Shown here one piece after another: positions 1 to 8,356 of a stretch of DNA of 64,000 bases. Source of the stretch: Nitrosopumilus sp. (GTDB lineage: Archaea; Thermoproteota; Nitrososphaeria; Nitrososphaerales; Nitrosopumilaceae); the NCBI GenBank assembly GCA_965207075.1, contig CBDBLO010000002.1, forward strand, positions 576,001-640,000, read 5' to 3'. Under the pieces are notes generated by a model. The model did not search any database. It was not told the origin of the DNA and saw nothing but the letters and a program-made list of their open reading frames with translations. Within the stretch, counting starts at the first letter, position 1. Every line of letters begins with the position of its first letter. A program made the position numbers and the translations under genes.

Positions 1-102
1 TGAGGAGGGCGCATACAGGCGCCTCTTTGAGTCGTGCGCCGACGAATACAACGGGAATGACTTTTTTACGCCGTCGCGGGATCCCGTTAGAGGGTGAACG
101 GG

Positions 103-408
103 ATGTCTTCAAAAAGAGACAAGAGATTTACAGTATGGACGTCTATACACCACATGATACGCGCGCTTGTGCAGGAAGAAGGATCCGCGGCAGCAGATAT
201 GGTGGCCAAACTTGATTCTGATGCGTGGGGCGCCAGGGAATCGGCCCGTCGACCTTACCACACGCGTGATCAAAAGGGACATGCCCAAGAGGCCCAAGGC
301 TGCACTGGACCCGTTCTGATCTGGCCGGAGATCTCAGGACTAGCAAGGCGGGCTGCGTCAACATCAGCGCCGAAATACGAGGGGGTGAGAACGCATGGTT
401 ACCGCTGA
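103..408 (+). CDS. Hypothetical protein; N-terminus loosely resembles a ribbon-helix-helix DNA-binding domain; may be degraded
   Basis: ORF 94..408, ATG at 103 (MSSKRDKRFTVWTSIHHMIRALVQEEG); overlaps the start of the MNT gene; C-terminal half looks non-globular. Confidence 0.25.
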   Translation: MSSKRDKRFTVWTSIHHMIRALVQEEGSAAADMVAKLDSDAWGARESARRPYHTRDQKGHAQEAQGCTGPVLIWPEISGLARRAASTSAPKYEGVRTHGYR

Positions 409-712
409 ACTCATATCTGTTATGGTTGATCGCATAGTCAAGCGATTCCAACCAAACTGCGTCATACTCTTCGGTTCCCAGGCGCGTGGCGATACAAACG
501 AGTCAAGTGATGTGGATCTGATGGTCGTGCTGAACCACGTCCCAAACAAGCACCACACCGCAGTAGAGATACGGCGCTCGTTGAGGGACGTGCCAGTCAG
601 CAAAGACATCATAGTGGTCACTTCAGGAGAGATCGAACGGGAGGGAGACGTGATGGGGACCATAGCCTATGAGGCTCTTCGAGAAGGAAAGATTGTGTAT
701 GAAAAAAGATAA
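395..712 (+). CDS. Minimal nucleotidyltransferase (MNT) antitoxin
   Basis: 105 aa with ILFGSQARGD...SDVDL motif and later D-I-I-V; directly upstream of a HEPN gene. Confidence 0.9.
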   Translation: MVTAELISVMVDRIVKRFQPNCVILFGSQARGDTNESSDVDLMVVLNHVPNKHHTAVEIRRSLRDVPVSKDIIVVTSGEIEREGDVMGTIAYEALREGKIVYEKR

Positions 713-1123
713 TTCCAAAGTAGAAAACGTAGCACTGCGGTGGCTGCGATACTCATACAATGACATGTATTGGCGCTTCGTTTGATAAATTCCGATCCGA
801 GCGCGCCCGCGCACGCCTGCTGGCTGTGCCAGCAGACTGCAGAAAAGGCCTTAAAAGCCGCGCTTGTACTGGAACAAATCCGCTTTCCACGTACACATGA
901 CCTAGACACCCTGCTTGACATGCTTCCAGAAGGCTGGGCCGTAAAAAACGAACACAAGGATCTGTCCGAACTGGCCGACTGGGCTGTCCACGCCAGATAT
1001 CCAGGTGACTGGCCCGAGCCCACTCGTGAGGATGCGGTCGGGGCCGAGTCTACAGCGCGCTCGGTTTATGATTCGGTGGCTGCGGAATTTGAGCGTCGCG
1101 GCATACCTGTCAAGTTTGGGTGA
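699..1123 (+). pseudogene. HEPN-domain protein of an MNT-HEPN pair, frameshifted near 768-770
   Basis: ATG at 699 gives MKKDNSKVENVALRWLRYSYNDM, stopping at 783-785; the body (ACWLCQQTAEKALKA...RTHDL...ARYPGD) is in another frame from 770. Confidence 0.75.
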
Positions 1124-1153
1124 CACACTGATTGCTGTAAAGTGGGATACATG

Positions 1154-1159
1154 AAAAAA
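1154..1159 (-). terminator. Oligo-T tract, probably the original tRNA-Ser terminator displaced by the integration
   Basis: A6 on + (T6 on -) just 3' of the duplicated tRNA end on the tRNA strand. Confidence 0.45.
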
Positions 1160-1160
1160 G

Positions 1161-1176
1161 GCGCGGGGAGGGGGAT
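1161..1176. repeat. att-site direct repeat: copy of the tRNA-Ser 3' end
   Basis: GCGCGGGGAGGGGGAT is identical to 8217-8232. Confidence 0.85.
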
Positions 1177-1304
1177 CTAAAGTATACATGTAGGGAAAAC
1201 CTTCCATTTCGTTCAGTTTGGACGGCGCGAGCGTAGATCGACCACATCATGAGATCGCACTCCCACCCACCCGTCTTACGGGACGCGCCTTTTTAAAATT
1301 TTGA

Positions 1305-2140
1305 GTGTAGGTAGGCTTTCCAAAACTGTATGGCCGCGCACCATGCGCACTCTACCTGATCTTGACATGATGCGCACCCGGCAGTGTCGCGGGACGCCTC
1401 TAGACCCGCTGCCATCTTTTTCAAGTTGTTTTCAACTCGAACTCTGCCGTCCGGATTCGTGCCTGTCAACATGCAGATTCGGGGCAAAGTGAGATTTAAC
1501 CCTACTGTTGGGTTCGATCTAATTTTTGATTCGAATTCTATAAAATGTATATTCTAAGCATTGTAGTGTCATATGCGCATGTCCGGAAGTACGGCGTGGC
1601 GATTGCATTCGGACATCTGCATATTGTCAGAGCAACAGGGTGGTGTCAGGGTTGTATAGGGGTGATGAACAGTGGTCATCATACTCTTAGAACGACTAAA
1701 GAACCATCGAATTCGGTTACGGTCCAGAAAGGATAAGATCTTACGGTCATGAGTAGCAACCTCGTAGACGATGTCAGATGCAACATGATATTTGAGATGT
1801 ATGAGGACTGGGATCGTAGTTGCTATGATGACGGGTTACTTGTGGTCCAACGACATGCGTTTCTTCATCTTCTATGAATGATAGGACTAGGAAGAGTAGG
1901 AGGAAGAGGAGTAGGAGGAAGAGGAGTAGGAGGAAGAGGAGTAGGAGGAAGAGGAGTAGGAGGAAGAGGAGTAGGAGGAAGAGGAGTAGGAGGAAGAGGA
2001 GTAGGAGGAAGAGTAGGAGGAATAGAAAGTATTTTTATAGTACGAGGGTTATAGTGAGGTATCAGAATCTGAATTCCCCAGACTAACGTAAACCTTTGGG
2101 TATAGCGATGGTACTGGGGTTAAGATGTAGATTCTGGGCT
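1305..2140 (+). ncRNA. Candidate large structured non-coding RNA (boundaries approximate)
   Basis: No credible CDS; at least 8 stem-loop or multibranch domains found by eye, with frequent G-U pairs on the + strand (see findings). Confidence 0.55.
1889..2017 (+). repeat. Tandem repeat (AGGAAGAGGAGTAGG)x7 at 1901-2005, flanked by two 12-nt variants AGGAAGAGTAGG
   Basis: Direct reading of the sequence. Confidence 0.97.
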
Positions 2141-2142
2141 TA

Positions 2143-2730
2143 TCATTCTAATAAGTCGCGTCGCATATCTATACGTAACTTCTTTACCGGGTCAAGCTCC
2201 TTACATTGTTTGATCTTGGTGCCACGTCTGTTACACCATGCTATTGCGTCAGCAATCTCGTATGCCTTGCCTTCTTCTACAACACCCATCTTCCAGTTAG
2301 TGCCTGTTTTGACCATGTCTGAGTCACATTGCATAGTGACATCCTTCAATTCACACCCTCTGGAAAACATGAATGATTCTGCTATGTCACGAATTTCTTT
2401 AAACAATAAGTGATCAAAATGCTTGTACATATTTCTCCTTGGCACGTTCCTAGTTTTGAATCGTGGATCGGATAGTATCTCTTCGATGATTTTCTGTTTC
2501 TGCACATGCAAGCATGCCGCTGACAGGTCTTTATCTTTGAGATCCAGATTCCGAATTACTCTTTGTTGTTTGGGTTTACTCAAACGCGTCATGTGAATAC
2601 TGGGAATGCCGATTCTCTGGTGTGCTCTCTCTATACTGTCTGGCGTACCAAAAACCAATGCAATGTACATTGCTTGGCCTCTGGGGCAAGCGTCTCCGGA
2701 CACATCTGCTCCTACTATTATCTTGGACAT
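2143..2730 (-). CDS. DUF3800-like RNase H-fold protein
   Basis: Start MSKIIVGADVSGD (first-strand DxSG), internal MQCDSD, C-terminal YEIADAIAW (cf. LQxAD motif); 195 aa. Confidence 0.6.
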   Translation of the reverse strand: MSKIIVGADVSGDACPRGQAMYIALVFGTPDSIERAHQRIGIPSIHMTRLSKPKQQRVIRNLDLKDKDLSAACLHVQKQKIIEEILSDPRFKTRNVPRRNMYKHFDHLLFKEIRDIAESFMFSRGCELKDVTMQCDSDMVKTGTNWKMGVVEEGKAYEIADAIAWCNRRGTKIKQCKELDPVKKLRIDMRRDLLE

Positions 2731-3360
2731 GGTTTGTCTGACATGTGTATTTTGTAAAAATGTTTTGCACTGCTTGGGTTGCTCTGTCGCATAACCCCCA
2801 CTCCTTGTGAATCTTGGCAAAAATGGTGTCCCAGTGGCCTCTGCCTCCACACGCGGCCGTGCCTGCGTTGATACGGATTATGCGATTCGACCATCTGGGG
2901 AAGATGCCGCGGCTACCTCCGCTGGTTTTTTCTCCGGCATGCAGTACAGACGCACTATTGTATCAAAGACGCCCAAACGATTACGACTCTTTTATTATGG
3001 GTAGTCGCATGACGTGCATGTTCAAATGTCAGTACGTTAGGTGTAGCGAAAGGGCGGTGGAGCGGAACACGTGCTGTGCAAACCATCTGGAGCACGGTGA
3101 GCAATATTGGGGGGGGGGGGTGCCAACCAGCCTGTGGCACGCCATGACCGCAGCCCGATTATCTAGATCTGCCATCGTTTCCGGTTGTATGAGATGCGCA
3201 AAAAGATGTGTGTAAAACATTATAACATGCTTCCACTAGGATGAGTCGTATATGCATCTATGCGGGCATGCAATCCCAATACCATGCTTCATCCATTTGT
3301 CAGGGTCTCAATGCACTTAACTCACCGGCATCCAATCCCATACCCGCACCGCACAAATCC

Positions 3361-3588
3361 CTAACCATGATTTTTCACGCTTCGTGATCCCTTCTTCCTG
3401 AATTCGCGGTACGTGCTCTTTCTTTCCTCCCCTATGCACGTCCAAAAGTCGATCTCCTTTTTCAGCATCCAGAACACGATCCTGAGCATCTTGGCTGCTA
3501 CCGCGACCTTTGCCTTTGAGCCGCCGCCTGTAGCACGAAGATGGGCGTGACGTGAGATGGTTGCCACACGGCCTATGATGGTGGACAT
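3361..3588 (-). pseudogene. IS110-family transposase C-terminal remnant
   Basis: SKAKVAVAAKMLRIVFWMLKKE matches the IS110 C-terminal KAxVAxARKLxRIxYxMLK pattern; rest degenerate. Confidence 0.65.
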
Positions 3589-3623
3589 AACACGGCGTGT
3601 TTGTCCGCCCTCCGGTGACGCTC

Positions 3624-5129
3624 CTATCTCCTGCTGCGCCTGTTCTGTCTTCGGGGCGTGCGCCTGTCATCACGAACGCGGTATTTTGACGACTTTCTGT
3701 CTTCGAGGTGCGCCGCGCCGGATGTTTTCGCCCTTCCGCGGCGTGCGTCATGATTGCGATTGGATCTGCCCCTCCTCGCTTGGTGGTCTTCACACGGTCT
3801 TGTCTTGATGTCCGATCCTGCCCGAATGTGTGAGACCAACTCGGACACGCTGAGCGGCTCATAGCAGACCATCTCGGCGCATACGTTGACTGATCGTCGC
3901 TCCGCATTGACAAAGGGGTACGATTTGGGACTGTTGTTGTGCTTGTCACCGTGGACTATCCAGCCGTCATAGCCTGCAGGTCTCTCAGGATCGTGCATAA
4001 GTAGCAATCTGTAGCCGTCATATTCGATCCCGTGCATGGTGTGTATGACAGTAGCCTTTGTGATTGGATCCGTGTCGTGGTTTCCGCGAATAAAGCAGAT
4101 CTCGCCGCTCAGCTTTGACAGCCAGTAGTCGATGGACCTGTGCCGCCGGCCAAACGTCATGTCACCAAGAAAGAAGACCCTGCCCCCATTTCTGAGCGCA
4201 CGGTTCCAGTTTTTGATCAGGGCGTCGTTCATAGAATCTGCCGATCTGAACGGCCTGTTGCAGTATTTTATTATGTTGGTGTGATCAAAGTGCGTGTCGC
4301 TGAACAGAAACGTCGAGTCTCCGGGAACACCCTCAAACGTTATTTCGGCTTCCCTGCGTCCGCCTCGCGCAGCACCTTGGCGCGCCCGAACCTGCCCTTT
4401 GGCATCCGAATCGTGCGCCTGTCCATCATGTCCGCCCCATGTGGCGTCTTGTCGGATCTGTCCGCGCCCCGTACAGTGTGAAGAGCCGGATCCGTAACGG
4501 TGGTTGCGGGGTTCTGCCACGTCCCTGTTGCGCATCTTGTTCAAAACCTGCTGACGGGTCAGCATTCGGCGCTGAACAAGATCAAACTCGCAATCAATCT
4601 TGCCCTTGTTTAACAAGGTGATTCCCTCACATGTGCCGTTCGTCCTTACCGAAGCCCCGTTCAGGTAGTTTTGGATCTCGTCGAATTTTTCAGCGATATC
4701 GTTTATTGCCACGGTTGCGTGAAAGTTGAACTTTTTATTCTTGTCTATGCTCACATCTTTGGGGTTTGTTATGGGGAGAAGCTGCTCGGAGAGAGACTGT
4801 CTAAACTTTTTCATCTCTGGGCTGGGGCATATCTTAAGATAAATGACCCTCTTTTTAGGAAACAGTTTGAACCATCTGTGCTTTTCATCAAAATCCCCAA
4901 ATCCGTCTATCTCATAATGAAGCTCGTTGTACGGCATTGCCACATCGCGAATTGCGCGCCTTACATCCTGTATACGGCGTGTTTGGAAGGGCCCAAACAG
5001 CGTGACGTGCGGCACCGGGCGTCTCTTGACCGACCCCTTGACGCCGAACCTGCGATAGAGATCAAATATGCAGTCCCGCGCAATAGAGCGCGCCTCCCCC
5101 CTCATGCGGAATTCTATCAGGTATGACAC
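3624..5129 (-). CDS. Fusion of a 2H phosphoesterase (2'-5' RNA ligase-like) and a calcineurin-like metallophosphoesterase
   Basis: PHVTL and FHATV (two HxT motifs), then SDTHFDH, LGD, GNHD, MHDP, VHGDKH; probable GTG start at 5129 just downstream of a TTTTTATA box; last ~55 aa probably run-on. Confidence 0.85.
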   Translation of the reverse strand: MSYLIEFRMRGEARSIARDCIFDLYRRFGVKGSVKRRPVPHVTLFGPFQTRRIQDVRRAIRDVAMPYNELHYEIDGFGDFDEKHRWFKLFPKKRVIYLKICPSPEMKKFRQSLSEQLLPITNPKDVSIDKNKKFNFHATVAINDIAEKFDEIQNYLNGASVRTNGTCEGITLLNKGKIDCEFDLVQRRMLTRQQVLNKMRNRDVAEPRNHRYGSGSSHCTGRGQIRQDATWGGHDGQAHDSDAKGQVRARQGAARGGRREAEITFEGVPGDSTFLFSDTHFDHTNIIKYCNRPFRSADSMNDALIKNWNRALRNGGRVFFLGDMTFGRRHRSIDYWLSKLSGEICFIRGNHDTDPITKATVIHTMHGIEYDGYRLLLMHDPERPAGYDGWIVHGDKHNNSPKSYPFVNAERRSVNVCAEMVCYEPLSVSELVSHIRAGSDIKTRPCEDHQARRGRSNRNHDARRGRAKTSGAAHLEDRKSSKYRVRDDRRTPRRQNRRSRR

Positions 5130-5150
5130 ATGGGCGCCTAGTCGCAAGCG

Positions 5151-5159
5151 TATAAAAAA
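5151..5159 (-). promoter_or_regulatory. Archaeal TATA box of the 2H/MPE gene
   Basis: TTTTTTATA on - strand about 22-30 nt upstream of the GTG start. Confidence 0.5.
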
Positions 5160-5613
5160 GCGCCCGTGCCGCCCTTGGTCCTGCACTGCTGCGCGTTTCG
5201 CGTCGTGACTTGTCGCGGCATCCAAACATTGGACGCGGTACCACCTGCTGCGTGCGGCAGGCCGAAATCGCGGGGGATGGGGCAGATCCTGAAAAATCAA
5301 TAGGCTCAAGACAGGCACTCAGTTGCGAGTGACGAATGGGGCAGACATGTTATGCGCCGCGGGTGTTTTTTGTACTGCATTGCTAACTAGCTGTTGTGAC
5401 AACTCACCGCCAGCACCCGCCCCCCATACCAGTCCGGATGCTTTCGCACATGCCCACAGTGACGGGCGCCGTGAGCTTAAAAATTAAGATAACAATGGAT
5501 TGTACTTACTGCGGCGACAGCACCCCTGCCTGCGAGCGCCGCCCATTGCCACGGCGGCCGCGGCCACCGGGCTGCCGCGAGACTGCTGTTCCAAACAATG
5601 CATCCCATGGAAA

Positions 5614-6252
5614 CTAGCAGAAATTCTGCGTCGCATACATGCTCCCACGCCCGTCGAACGCCACTCCCACACCGAGCTCGTCGTACGAGGAGTCCATGAT
5701 GTTGGCCCTGTGCCCGGGACTCTGCATCCATTCTGAGACGATGTAGCGGGACACGTCCTTGGCGGTGTCGCACCTCGGTATGCCGTTGTATTGGAATATG
5801 TTCTCGCCCAGCCCGTGCGTGTAATGCGTCCCGTGGTTTTTCGTGCAGCCGTACCCGGCCATCTCCCCGCGGGCGGTCTGGTCCCGGCCCTCGGGCGTGA
5901 CGTGTGAAAAGAAGTCGCGGACCGCCATGTCCTCGCTGTGCGCCCCCGCGATACCGTCTATCACGGGGACGCGCCTCAGTGGTTCCAGGCCGCCGAACAC
6001 GCGCTGTTCGTTGGTGTACTGGTGGATGTGGGACTCGATGTCCGACGCGTTCAGTGCAGCCGTCTCGACGCACGTAAAATCACCCTGTTGTACTGCCGGC
6101 ATGACGAAGACAACCCCAAACAACACCGCGGAGACCAGCGGCCCCAGCCATTTGACGAGCCCGTATCCGGATCCGCGGAACCTGCGGGCGGACGAGCGGC
6201 GACGGTAGTGGCGGCGCCTGTGGTGCGTGTGGCCTCGCCTAAACCTCGGCAT
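5614..6252 (-). CDS. CAP/SCP-domain membrane-anchored protein
   Basis: AHSEDM...FFSH, GENI, WMQSPGHRANI, LGVGV motifs; Arg-rich N-terminus followed by a hydrophobic segment. Confidence 0.9.
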   Translation of the reverse strand: MPRFRRGHTHHRRRHYRRRSSARRFRGSGYGLVKWLGPLVSAVLFGVVFVMPAVQQGDFTCVETAALNASDIESHIHQYTNEQRVFGGLEPLRRVPVIDGIAGAHSEDMAVRDFFSHVTPEGRDQTARGEMAGYGCTKNHGTHYTHGLGENIFQYNGIPRCDTAKDVSRYIVSEWMQSPGHRANIMDSSYDELGVGVAFDGRGSMYATQNFC

Positions 6253-6667
6253 ATGGCGGCAAAAGCCCACCGGCAATTAATACGGATCGCGCACGGCCCC
6301 AGCTAATGATCATGAGTGTGTTCAGTGGGTGGACGGGCGGAGGTCCGGCCCGTCTTCCTCGGCCTCCAACATGTAGACACCGTCCGGTCAGGATGCTTTC
6401 GATCAAACGTCACCCATCTTCGAGTACTTTGTATTGCGCGTTTCCGCCGCCGCTTTATCCAAAAACCGCTCCCATCACGCCAGAACCAAGGTAAGACAAG
6501 CAAATTTCATCACTAGTACATAATGAATAACGATCAATGCAACAACAGGCCAAAGAGCAGTGACATGCCGTACGCGATCCCTCGAATCAATACGCGGTTT
6601 TCACTCGGCATCGCCATGCCCTCGTCAACACCATGTTTGGAAGCGACAGGCGCGTCCACGCACATAA

Positions 6668-6850
6668 TCAGGAACCGCTCCGTGCCCCATCACGCTCGTC
6701 TCCAAGGCCCAGAAGCGCATCCCGCACGCGGGCCTGCTGGACCCCTAGTGCCATCCTGAGATCCGCGAGCTGTACGCCCACGGACGCCAGCTTGGATCTG
6801 ATCAGCGCGATCTCGTCACTGGAAACCGAGATCGAGACCCTGTGCTTCAT
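6668..6850 (-). CDS. Small hypothetical protein (60 aa)
   Basis: MKHRVSISVSSDEIALIRSKLASV...; TTATAA about 25 nt upstream; appears as a false tail on the integrase ORF. Confidence 0.35.
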   Translation of the reverse strand: MKHRVSISVSSDEIALIRSKLASVGVQLADLRMALGVQQARVRDALLGLGDERDGARSGS

Positions 6851-7001
6851 CACATGGTACGCGCGCCTCTGCTTATAACGCCGAATGAACACGGCGGGCC
6901 TTGCGCTGGCCCCGTCAGGCAATACGCGTCCAAATCCTGGGGGGAGGGGGGGAGGGGGGGAGGAGGAAACGTCGCGTGCAGCCTCTATGGTGACGCGGGC
7001 C

Positions 7002-8170
7002 CTAGCGGCCCCCGGTCTTTGAGAGCAAGAAGTTCTCAAGTATCTCCCGCACCGACGCATAGCTGCTCTCAAGCTTTGCAAGGCGCTCGTGTAGATCCTC
7101 GTTCTCCCGCTCGATCTCCCCACCTTCCTGTCGCTTATTGCGGCCTGCCTTTCGATGGCGCTTCGGAGCTCGGCCTCTTCTGATATGGTCAGGTTCGGCA
7201 CCGCCGCCGCATACTGCTCAAGCAGGTACTCCTCTGACGGCTTGTAATAGTTCTCCGCGTGCCCCATCATCTTCTCCACGTCGATGGTCTTCATGGTCCG
7301 CTCAGCGTTGGTTTTGAAGCACTTGCGGAACCCGTGGATCTGCTTGAACTCGTGGCCCACCGCATCGGCGCGTCGCTTGTCTCGTATGTTGATCTTTTTG
7401 AGGAACTTGCCCACCATGTTGGATATGGTCTTTGAGGCAAGCGGTGTGGCCACTGCCGGGTCTTTTTTCTCCTCGGTTTTGCGGTACGGATGCGAGTCCC
7501 AGGCGTCACGCATGAGCGGCGACGCGTCCGTCACTCTCTCGCCCGCATCTTCGCGCATGGCCCTGTATCGTAGCAGCATCTCGCAACACTCCGGCGTCAC
7601 AAACGTGACGTACTGCTCTGCAGAGCCCCTGTACGCCACCACGCGCGCTGCCCTGACATCCTTGCCGTCTGCATCCGCCACCGGGGTCACGTCCCCCCAG
7701 CGCATGCCCTCAAACGCGCCCACCCTTATCCCGGAGCTGGCGCACGTCAGGATGATGCACTTGATCCGCGTGTCCACGGATTCCATCATGTGCCGGATCT
7801 TCTGGATGGTTGGGGCGCGGTCGCTCCCGGTCTTGCGGACGCGCGGCATTATCTTTGTTATTTTTTCCACGATATGGCGTCCTCCGTCGTTCATCTCAAA
7901 AAAGAGCTTGAGCGACACGACCGTCTGGTTTATCGTCGAACCCGACACCTTGTTACTGTGCTACTCGACAGTCTATGATGAGCCGCTGCATAGACGCCGG
8001 GCTGCCCGCGCCTCCGCGGGCAGCCGGTCCGGCGTCATGCCGCACCGGCGCAGGAACTGGGAGATCTTTTTCGAGTACGACTCCTTTGTGGCCTCGCTGT
8101 GAAACCCCTTGAGAAACTGCCGGACCGGCTCGCACCGCACGTCGAGCATCTTTGGCATCTGCGCGTCCAT
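7002..8170 (-). pseudogene. Tyrosine recombinase/integrase, frameshifted
   Basis: SSGIRVG, HGFRK, MGH...YY motifs in ORF 6668..7948; N-terminus (SEATKESYSKKISQFL) and coiled-coil C-terminus (EIERENEDLHERLAKLE) are in other frames. Confidence 0.85.
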
Positions 8171-8217
8171 GTGCTTGGTACACGTGTATTGATTAAGTAT
8201 TTCTACTCTATTTGGAG

Positions 8218-8301
8218 CGCGGGGAGGGGGATTTGAACCCCCGAGTTCTTTCGAACATGGGATTAGCAATCCCACGCCCTACCGGGCTAGGCGATCCCCG
8301 C
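8218..8301 (-). tRNA. tRNA-Ser(GCT)
   Basis: Acceptor GCGGGGA/TCCCCGC plus G discriminator; anticodon arm TGGGA-TTGCTAA-TCCCA; long variable arm GTTC-GAAA-GAAC; T arm GGGGG-TTCAAAT-CCCCC. Confidence 0.97.
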
Positions 8302-8356
8302 ACGCAGGAAGACGCCAAGCCGCACAATTAAATTGATGCTGTCGGCAGCGGCGTTC

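Larger units (their letters stand above)
1161..8232. mobile_element. Integrative element/genomic island at tRNA-Ser(GCT)
   Basis: 16-bp direct repeats at both ends, integrase next to the tRNA, more AT-rich accessory cargo. Confidence 0.8.

Noticed and set aside
1293-1736. Short ORFs 1293..1487, 1301..1492 and 1545..1736 as genes
   Set aside because: No recognisable motifs; better explained as chance ORFs over a structured non-coding region
1680-1830. Group I or II intron as the identity of the structured region (AACGACTAAAG resembles a group I R element)
   Set aside because: No convincing S element/P7 partner, no group II domain V, and no interrupted host gene; only a covariance-model search could exclude it fully
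1889-2017. CRISPR array
   Set aside because: Units are contiguous with no unique spacers, and there are no cas genes in the window
2731-2850. N-terminal 40 aa of ORF 2143..2850
   Set aside because: The domain starts at MSKIIVGAD (2730); the upstream part is probably not translated
5495-5617. MDCTYCGD... possible AN1-like zinc-finger remnant
   Set aside because: Only the first CxxC is recognisable; too short to support
6939-6966. G-run cluster as a functional G-quadruplex
   Set aside because: Similar G/C-rich low-complexity tracts are common in this genome's intergenic regions; no other support
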